Assembly (NCBI GenBank): GCA_951406725.2 | Contig: OX597820.1 | Location: 89,404,001 to 89,468,000, forward strand | From: Octopus vulgaris | Lineage: Eukaryota | Direction of reading: 5' to 3' | Length of the DNA stretch: 64,000 nt | Shown here: positions 54,535 through 64,000 of the stretch, in pieces | Position numbering within the stretch: the first letter of the stretch is position 1 | Layout: every line of letters begins with the position of its first letter | Position numbers and translations under genes: made by a program | The notes under the pieces: model-generated | Database searches by the model: none | Told to the model about the DNA's origin: nothing | The model's input: the letters and a program-made list of their open reading frames with translations, nothing else

Positions 54535-54902
54535 CCTTTTATCTTCTACTTCTTTCAGTCATTGGACTGTGATCAAGCTGGGGCGTCACTTTGAAGCGTT
54601 TAGCCCAACAAATCTATTCTACTGTGCATTAAAAATAACTAGTACTTATTCTCTCGATCTCTTTTGCCGACCCGATAAGATACGGGGATGTAAACAAGGC
54701 AAAACCAGTTGTCAAGCGGTGGTGAGGGACAAAAACAAATACAAACACGGCGGTATTCTTTTCAGTTTCCGTTTATGAAATCCATACACAAGACTTTGAT
54801 CGGCATGGGGTTGGAGTAAAATACACTTGCCCAAGGTGCTGTGCAGTGGCACTGAACCAAAGACCACAGAGAACGAAACTTCCTATCCACACATTCACGC
54901 CT
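54535..54902 (-). mobile_element. Diverged SINE family A
   Basis: ctagtacttattctctcg, ttttcagtttccgt, acttgcccaaggtgc. Confidence 0.7.
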
Positions 54903-56055
54903 GGTATTTTTCATACTCAATGAAACTGCAACCTTTTCTCAAAATTGTTTGAGGAGATTGTGGAGGTTTTCAAACACCAGATTGGTTTACCCCTTTTGAA
55001 CACTACAGATTTTCCTATTGTTAACAGAAGCTTTTCCCGTCGGCTACTTGTCCATAATCATGAGGGAGATCCTCTATAGCGGGGAACTTATCTATTTCGC
55101 ATAAAACCGGGAGAAATTTAATGAAGTCAAGACCTGATTGGCGAGAAAAATCAAATAAATGAATATTTACTCTTTGGGAATCATTTAAATCTCAATATAC
55201 TGTTGCATATCATACATAGGTCTGCTTACGAATATTTTTCTTGTTTGTTTAGACAACCAAAAGGATAAAACTAAGAGAAACACTTCAAGAATCTTCAGCT
55301 TGCAATAAAATATATACGTTTATACACATGCACGTTGCATGATGTATTGACGTATGTGTGTGTGTGCGTGTGTACATAGGAGAATAAATTTCCTAATATT
55401 TTAAGTAGAGCTTATATATACTTTTTTACATTTAAGCTGAAAACTTCAACAGTGTGTTACTTAGGTTTCGTGTTTTTATTGCAGAAGTAACGACTATAAA
55501 TTTTAGTGTTTCTTTTATGACCTTTTACAATTTCTAAGCTTATCCTTGAAAACACGTATGTTAGAAAATTGCATCATGAAATAGACAACCCCACACATGC
55601 ACTTTTTCAATCAGAGTCGCAAAAGCATGAAATCAACCATCAACTCTTATAATTCAATTAACAAAGAGGCAAAAAAGAGTCGGATATAACACCATGATAA
55701 ATGATAATCTAGTAATATGTGATTCACATTAAAAATAATGAGGTTAAATTCTCATAAACGTTTTAGATGCATTTATCTACCACGGAACGAACGTCCAGCC
55801 TACATCTTCAGGACAAAATCATCGCCAGAAAGCTCCTCGGTAATTGAATATTTTATTGACAAAAATGATAAATTTATGCATTCACATAATTTGGTATTGT
55901 ACAGTATTACTAATCTACACCCAAACCACTTTATTAAAGAAGCTTAGAATTTTTACTGAATTCATAGCTTATCTTAATTTTAGTTCTGCAACCTTGGAAA
56001 TATACTTCATAAGTCGACGATAATATTCTTTCATATATTTTAAAATAAATCTCAA

Positions 56056-56207
56056 CGTACATTATTTACATTATTTACATTTGCCGGATATTTGTCCCCA
56101 TCTTGTTTGTTGTCAACACAACGTTTCGGCTGATATACCCTCCAGACTTCATCAGGTGCCTTGGGGAAATTTCGAACCTGGGTTCTCGTTCCTAAGGTAG
56201 TTTTCGG

Positions 56208-56302
<95 letters not shown>

Positions 56303-56386
56303 GTATTATTCAGGTCACTGATTGGCATAATGGTTAAGAGCCCGGGCTACTAAACCCAAGATTCCGAGTTCGATTCCAAGCAGTGA

Positions 56387-56423
<37 letters not shown>
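56056..56423. mobile_element. Second head-to-head copy of the tRNA-(AAT)n-hammerhead element
   Basis: Left arm (minus) has tail, hammerhead and (AAT)n, with the head deleted after caggtcactg. Right arm (plus) has the tRNA-like head at 56323-56390 and (AAT)n. Confidence 0.85.
56115..56160 (-). ncRNA. Minimal type I hammerhead ribozyme, catalytic core intact
   Basis: GGCAC-CTGATGA-A-GTCTG gagggtatat CAGCC-GAAA-C-GTT-GTGTT; GUU cleavage triplet, palindromic AACGTT stem III, one stem II mismatch. Confidence 0.8.
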
Positions 56424-56425
<2 letters not shown>

Positions 56426-56451
56426 AGTGAAAGCATATAAAAATAAAACTA

Positions 56452-56488
<37 letters not shown>

Positions 56489-56582
56489 TGTGCATGTATG
56501 CATATATCCACACATATGTACATGTACGTAAATATATGTATATATGTAAGCACGTACATACATACATTTGTATGTCTTCTAT

Positions 56583-56624
<42 letters not shown>

Positions 56625-57010
56625 GTGTGTGTGTGTATGCATGTATCTTAATTCATGATCACATAACCATCACTGTACTTATTTCATCTCACTACTTTAA
56701 CTTTTGTGATTTTGTGTATATTCATTTATATTCATCCCCGAAAGTTGACCAATTACGCCCCGCCCTCTGTTTCTGATAATAACGATCACCAATTACCTCC
56801 CCTTAGATTTTTCTACTTGCTGAATCACTCAATCACAAACTTCATACACAACATAGACTAAAATTTTCTTAAGAAAATATGAAATTACAATAATTTCAAT
56901 GTCCTGATCAGCGAAAGTCAAACCGGTCGAAAAATAATATGAAATATATTACAAAAAAATATTTATTAAAACTATGTAGAGTGTGAGCATTTCCCTTCTT
57001 TTATGTCTCG

Positions 57011-57059
<49 letters not shown>

Positions 57060-57721
57060 TTATAGCTCACTACGTGGGGGTAATCGAAATTCTTCCCTTG
57101 TTACTACACACACAAACACATGCGTATATATATATATGTCAGCAAATTAGTTAGTTATAAAATCTCTACAAGAGATGAAAGCAGTAGCTATACTGGTAAG
57201 TAATGTTTATCTCCACTTAAACATGGCTGTTCCGTAGGAACCGACTCTACGGCTATTTTTATCTCCATCTATATGTGAGTATCTATATATAAGTGTGTGC
57301 ATTATGGATGCATGCATGTATATAAGTATGTGTGCATGTGTGTTTGTGTGTATATATTTATGTAAATGGTGTGCGTATATGTGTTTGTGTTATGTTTATC
57401 TTACATTTGTTGAATAGTACCATCGTTGATTATGGATTTCCGCCGAGATAATTACTGCTTCACTGGATTTTGAATGGTGTAAATGTCAATAGATGCTTTT
57501 ATTTGCACTTGACCCTGAAAAGGTCTTTCTTCTCGACAGATATATCTCTTGTGAGAGTCTCCAAACGTTTGTGTCAAATTCTGGCATTCGAGTACACAAA
57601 AATCCCATCCAGTGTGACGCCGTGCACAGATACGCATGTATTTTCCTTTGTAAAACGGTATCTTTCATACTAGACAGTAGTATTGCTATGAGTTCTGATG
57701 TGTAGTAAGCTTGAGTGCTGC

Positions 57722-57752
<31 letters not shown>

Positions 57753-58317
57753 AAGCAACAAGACGGGTAAGGGTGATTAGGTGATGGTCTAGGGCTTAGG
57801 GGCGGGAGACCCCAGAACTTGGAAAAAAAAAACTTTGGTCGTCTTGTTGTAGTCGAGAGTTCTTCGTTGACGCCCGACACCACTGGGAGGTAGCCCTCGA
57901 AGTCGCTGGAAATGGAGATCTCCAGGTCCAAATTCTTGAACGGCAGCTTGAGTGCTTGGATGGATCTTGTAGATAACGATCTTTGAACCAGTATGGCCGT
58001 AGAATTGTTGCAATGAAAAAGAAAAAAGAACACGCTACCAACAGCTTACAGCATATGAAAAATGTTGATGCAGCAACAGTTATTTGCACCAGTCTGAAGC
58101 CACTTGCTGCCAGTTCTTTGGTCTCAGGCTGATACTAGTTCTTTTCCTTCGAGATAAAGATCTTCAATGAAGCTTCCGCCTTCTCTCGGTTGATGAAGCG
58201 TCGCGAGCTCAGGAAGTGAACCCTGAGTCGGAACAAATAATAATCCGAGGTAGATATTTTTCCGCAATCCTAACGGGCATAAGTAGTGGTTAAGCTAGGG
58301 ATATCTTCAGGAACCTG

Positions 58318-58462
58318 TCGTCAAACGTGGACGTTTCAAACACAACGTGATGCACTACGTCTGGTGGAATTCTGAGGAGATAATTCACTATGAGTTCGTT
58401 CAGAACGGTCGAACCATTAACCTGTACTTCGAACAGCTGCAACTGCTGTATGCCATATTGTA
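58318..58462 (+). mobile_element. Mariner transposase internal fragment
   Basis: VMHYVWWNSEEIIHYEFVQNGRTIN.LYFEQL. Confidence 0.7.
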
Positions 58463-58487
58463 TGATAATGTTATGGGGTAATATATG

Positions 58488-58763
58488 TAAATATATGGGA
58501 AACCACCTCCTGTGTCATCTCTTGTGAAAAGTAGGAGAGTCCAGTTTGCTGGACATTGTTGTAGAGCTGAAAAAGAAGTAATTTCTACTCTTCTCCTCTG
58601 GAAGCCATCTACTCGCAATACCAGAGGGCGCACACTCTCCTACCCTGATGTAATCTCCAGGGATACAGGCATCCAGCAACAGGACCTCCGTAATGCCATG
58701 ATGGACCGTGAAGCATGGTAAATTCCATTGTCTCGACCACGGTCGAACAATAATAATGATGAT
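58488..58763 (+). mobile_element. RTE-X-like LINE 3' end
   Basis: IYGKPPPVSSLVKSRRVQFAGHCCRAEKEVISTLLLWKP...MMDREAW, then an (AAT/GAT) tail. Confidence 0.8.
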
Positions 58764-59113
58764 AGGGTGTAATTTGAGGATGTTGCGGTTATTTGTAGTA
58801 GGTATCGGGAGACTATTAAGCAGAGACACTTTCGTGAGCTTATATAGGAACTATGTTTTAAGTTTGTTTTACCAAAATGATTCGCACAAGATCTTAAAAT
58901 ACAGCAGATACGTAAGGTGAATTGAATCAAGTGTTGATGCCATCGCTGGTACCTATTTTATTTGACCAGAAGTCATGGAAGAAGTCAGCTATGGTAAGAT
59001 TTAAGCTGAACGAAGAATGTGACTAAATACTGCAAATGTTGATAAAAGCATTATACAAGTTTAGTGGTCGTTTGGAAGGAGGAAGATATGAAAGTTCCAG
59101 ATCATTGCCATCC

Positions 59114-59168
<55 letters not shown>

Positions 59169-60345
59169 CGAGAGAGAAAGAGAGGGGGGATGGGGAGGCA
59201 TGAAGATTAATACCCGAGCATTTCTACCACGTCACCTCTTTATCTGGAAAGGGAGATCTCTATCCAGTCACTGGATTCGCTAGAAATATCATTCTGTCCT
59301 TTCTTCAGAGCTGACCTGAGATTATAAAAACAAAAACAGCACAAAAAAAAAAAAACCCAGCAACAATGGGAACAACAAATGCAAGGTACTATCTCATAAT
59401 CTTTAACGGATCCTTAGGGCGTCACTGAAAATTTCTTCTCTGAAGAGCGTCATGAAAATTTCAGTTTGTTTTTGTGCATCATTCTGCAAATATTGCAAAA
59501 GAACTGGAAATTGCAAATACAAAGAATAAGAAATATGAAATGGTCAAAATAGTAGGAATCAAACTAACTTTATTGATTCGAATTTCGGGTTTTCTTTATT
59601 GGCCACCGATATATGTATGAATACTTTTCATATCCATTTTATTCTTTAACCGGTTTTAATGCTGTGGTACTACTTTGAAATATTTAGTGGTTCATATCGA
59701 TCCAAGATTTAAGTCTGATACACTTTTATCGATTTCTATTTGTCGAACTGTTATGTCTCTTTGCATTTCCTTTCATTTTTATTACATACTAGTATATTTT
59801 TATTAAAAAGAAATATAGCAAAATAATAACGTAGTAGAAGAAAAATAGACAGTAAGTTTCTTAGACTGGAAGATTTTTTTCTCACTCAAAGTTTGCTACA
59901 CATGTATACGTAATTATACTGCAATGAATTGTAAACCGCATTGAAGTAGAAAATCTCTATCACCTGCAAGACAGACATACCGAGATATATAAAGAGAAAG
60001 AAAGATAAAGAGAGAGATGGGGGGGGTAAGAGATGGACACAGAGTAAAGGAGGGGAGAAAGAGAGAAAGTGAGAGGGAGGGAGGAAAATAGTAATAGAAC
60101 CAGAAATAATTTATAATTTCAATCATGTCGATATAGTGTAACCAATGAAAAGCAGAACTAAACAAATATATAAGTGTGACTATGAATCATGTGTTTTAAG
60201 AGAAAAGTAAATGTTGGGAAGGTAATTATTTTAAATGTGGATATTGGTGATTATTTTGAAAGAAGATATATTTAGATGTTACTAGTGTTGAGTGAAGAAG
60301 ATGAAGAAGATGAAGAAGTTGACGGAAAAAAAAAGAAATAGTAGG

Positions 60346-60422
60346 AGAAGAAGAAGAAGAAGAAGAAGAAGAAGAAGAAGAAGAAGAAGAAGAAGAAGAA
60401 GAAGAAGAAGAAGAAGAAGAAG

Positions 60423-60452
<30 letters not shown>
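60346..60452. repeat. (GAA)n microsatellite
   Basis: About 35 pure units. Confidence 0.95.
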
Positions 60453-60454
<2 letters not shown>

Positions 60455-60693
60455 CATCTATGTAGTTCATTTGACAAATATATATATGTTCATTCTTAGA
60501 CAGTACTGGAATTCGAAGAAATTAAATTCTGTTTTCATTCCTCGAGTTCCTTGCATGCTGGATGTTTAAACATGGTCAAATAGAGTTGTTTGTGTTGTTG
60601 TTGTTGTTGTTACTTAGAATCTGGACGACACAACCAGAGGAGATTTATAATCAAAAGTGTTCCCACCGTAACCATCCCAACTTTTCTATGCAT

Positions 60694-60860
60694 TGGCGCT
60701 GACGTTGTTGTGTGGTAAGAAGTCTGATTCTCAACCACATAGTTCAGGGTTCATTCCACGGCATGGCACCTTGGGCAAGTGTCTTGTAGTATAGCCTCCC
60801 CCACCCCCAAAGCGTTAAAACCTTATGAATGTATTTGGTAGACGGAAACAAAGAAATCCG

Positions 60861-60902
<42 letters not shown>

Positions 60903-61013
60903 GCACACACACACATACAAGCACATCTCTGTTGAAAATAATTACTGGGGATCGATTCATCCGACTAAAATTCCTCAAGGAGGTGCCTCAGCATGGCCGC
61001 AGTCTAATGACAG
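60694..61013 (+). mobile_element. Diverged SINE family A with internal deletion
   Basis: gtgtggtaagaagt..gggttcattcc..ggcaccttgggcaagtgtctt. Confidence 0.75.
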
Positions 61014-61471
61014 AACACCCCCCCCCCCAAAAAAAAATTATAGATTGGCCTACATACGCTCAGTGCATTATTTTTCTTGTTTTAAGATATTAGGGTGTGA
61101 TTTGAGTAAGATTAGACACTTATTTTTAGCATTTCATGTAACTGTTCCCATTTTGTCTCAGGCGGCCAAATTTGGATTGATTGCTTTCGTGGGAAGACAG
61201 GAAATTTCAACGAGGAATCATAATCTTTCTGAAAAATCATTGAGCCATAGAAAGCTGTCTTCTAATTCTGAAATGTCAAAAGCAACCAGTTTAACAGAGA
61301 CAATTTAACACACCGAAGATGATGCAATTTTTGCTTTTATTATAGTTTCCGATGTATCTGTACAAGAAATTGTCGCTAAATATTTCCCACAGTGCTAACG
61401 TTAATGCAATACAAGATATGCTTACGTATACAAATAACGTTCAAAGAAAAATAAAAGTAAAAAGCTTTGTA

Positions 61472-61533
<62 letters not shown>

Positions 61534-61599
61534 AGTAGGATAATCTCGTGCATTCTATACATATCACAGTTCGAAACATAGACACGCCAAATACCTTAG

Positions 61600-62350
61600 A
61601 TATTTTTCTCCCTTTGAAACTCATCAATCTCACTCTTAACACATGACTGCTATCTTTTGAAAATTACCTACCACACCTGAATATACTGCGCAGAACCTTG
61701 ACACCTCCCGAACCTTATGATACTTAATGTTTGATAAATAGACGCAAAATCATCAGTTTTACATTAATCGTGCCTGATAACAAATGTACTATATCTGTGA
61801 GCCCTCTTAAATAGCTAAAGCAGGTCACTGAAATCATAATCTTTGGCATATCTTTTCACACTCGCCACACAACTAAAGATCATTTCCCAAATAGTTCACA
61901 TGCAGCTGTGCAGCAGAATTAAAGATAAAGACCTCTGCCAACCTTATCGGGAAAAACTTACTCGACTCCATTATATACGCAACATTTATCCAGCATTGTA
62001 AGCCATGGAAAACTACCATCCAAAAAAGGAAACGTAGTACTGTGCCCCTGCACTGCAGAAGTTTTACTTTTCTCCAAACACAAATTGTATATTCTGGTTC
62101 TTTCCCAAGAGGATATCTAAGAACTTAGCAGAAAAATGTCCATTCCACCCTCCTTAACCAGAATGGCTCTGCAAGAAAGAACCTCCGAAAAGGGAGCTTC
62201 CTCCGCTACTGCTTGATTTGCGTTCAAGCATGCAATCTGCAGCACTTATTGAAGAAATCAGTTTCCGCATTCTAAGGTCTTTAACAAGGAGATTCCTTAT
62301 AAATGAATAAACTTTATATTATCAAACTATTAAGATTTACAAAGTAAAAG
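61600..62350 (-). mobile_element. Highly decayed CR1/L2-like RT remnant
   Basis: Weak motif remnants in the expected order (TSAVQG/GTVL, SKFFPDK, YLGND..CEK). Confidence 0.3.
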
Positions 62351-63282
62351 CATCGTCTATGTTGCTGAATAACTTAATTGCCAAAGTGCTGTTGTTCAAT
62401 CGATTTATATTCTTGCTCACGGATATAAAGTTAATCGAGTCTGAAATATATTTTACTACACGCTGTTTACTTTCTGTTAGTTTATGAATCATCATTTGGG
62501 ATCGGCTGAAAAAGTACGACCCTTTGAGATTAAATCAGGTTTACACACGGTTAGGCAGTTTACTCTGAGATCGTTGTGCTTCCTCTCTATAGTAATCAAC
62601 TTGTATATTTTTGAATTCCTTTGGTGAGTGACATTGTGATTTTGAAGAAGAAAATTTTTGAAAAAGTAGAGTTATTAGTCTCTTACTGATTTTTTTATAT
62701 CGTTGAAATATCTGAATGTTTTCATACCTTTGTCTTAAATGTCCTGAAAGCTATTTAGATACTTTTTACATCTAACTTATTAATCATGTTGAAGCGATTA
62801 AGATGTTCTCCCGAGACACGTTTTTGTATTCCATCACACATCGTTTCTCCGGTATGTCAATGTCCTATATATCGTTGCCGATAACCATTCCTACGCAGAT
62901 GATAACACCTTTCATTTCACCCTAACCTTCCGCACCGATGCCTTATCAACATGTAATCAGTACGCCTCACGTCAAACGAGCACAGATTCCATGAACAAAG
63001 ACCTCTAAACATCCTCTAATAGGAATCTTGTCGTCTTCAACAGCAAAGATACACAGTCAGTACACATATTAAAAAAATATATCTCCGCCCCATGAACACT
63101 AACAGTACACATTTACATTCTTCAAGCTCTCTACCATCACTGGGTGCAGTTCATCTTGGCAGAATTCGAATGCAAAACGCAAAGAACTGGAAGGAATACT
63201 GCTAAGTGTTTTATTTGATGCGTTAACGATTTTTCCAGCTCGTTGCCTTTTACTGTATTAATAATATTAAAGTTATTAATTA

Positions 63283-63712
63283 AGGCAGCAAGATGGCAGA
63301 AACGTTAGCACGCCGGGTAAAATGATTAACAGTATTTCGTCTGCGGTTACATTCTGAGTTCAAATTCCGTCGAGGTCGACTTTGACTTTCATCCTTTCGG
63401 GGTCGATAAATTAAGTACCAGTTACGCACTGGGATCAATGTAATCGACTTAATCCCTTTGTCTGTCCTTGTTTGTCCTCTCTATGTTTAGCCTTTTGTGG
63501 GCAATAAAGAAATAAGAAACGTTAGCATGCCGGGCAAAAAGCTTAGTGACATTTCGTTCATCTTCACTCTCCACTCTGAGTTCAAATTTATCTTAGGTCG
63601 ACTTTGCTTTCGAGGTCGATAGAGTAAATACCAGTTAAATACTGGGGTTGGTGCAAGCAATATACCATTTCCGCGAAATTGTTAGCCTTATGCCAAAACT
63701 TGAAATCAATAT
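63283..63712 (+). mobile_element. Young SINE family B nested in an older family B copy
   Basis: After the ..aataaagaaata tail (63514) the sequence restarts at agaaacgttagca and ends with the older-subfamily tail. Confidence 0.8.
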
Positions 63713-63741
63713 TTCTTTTAACTCTTCCAATTTATATTTTA

Positions 63742-64000
63742 CTAGCAGTATCGCCCGGCGTTGCTCGGGTTTGTAAGGGAAATAACTATAAAGCATTTTT
63801 AGAGAGTTATAGCCAAAAAATAGCAAAAAAATGGGGAAAAAATGATGGTAAATTTTTTTTTGATAGTTAAAAAGGTCGAGTTGCGTCCCCTAGACCATCT
63901 GTGGTTTGTGTTTCTGATTGTCGACCCCATGTCGAATTTATCGATCTTTTTCAGAACTGGGGGAACTTTTCAAAATTTTCGCTGCGTTAGTTTTGAATTA
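63742..64000 (-). mobile_element. Helitron-like 3' terminus (runs off the window)
   Basis: Minus strand ends in hairpin CCCGAGCAACGCCGGG, then CTAG followed by T. Confidence 0.65.

Noticed and set aside
59436-59465. CTGAAGA..GAAA as a hammerhead
   Set aside because: No stem II pairing and no stem I complement. The same applies to CTGATGA near 4686 and 8920.

Overview
AT-rich eukaryotic, repeat-saturated intergenic or intronic DNA. The SINE families and the extreme microsatellite density look like an Octopus genome (inference, not verified). No multi-exon host gene can be supported; nearly all ORFs in the track are translated microsatellites or SINEs. Contents: many tRNA-derived SINEs (at least 5 families); decayed DNA transposons (full-length mariner with TIRs and TA TSD, other mariner remnants, a DD37D maT element, pogo/Tigger, Chapaev3-like, a hAT MITE, a Helitron end); LINE fragments (R4/Dong-like, RTE-BovB-like, RTE-X-like, CR1/L2-like); and two GIY-YIG Penelope-like elements. 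There is one tRNA-Thr(AGT) that looks like a retro-copied pre-tRNA. The most striking signal is a set of Penelope-type minimal hammerhead ribozyme motifs. It includes a non-coding element built as tRNA-like Pol III head + (AAT)n + hammerhead + (TGTAAATAA)n tail, found twice as a head-to-head palindromic pair (31.6-32.3 kb, 56.0-56.4 kb). A second Penelope family carries the same A6U core variant in both of its copies. All alignments were done by eye.
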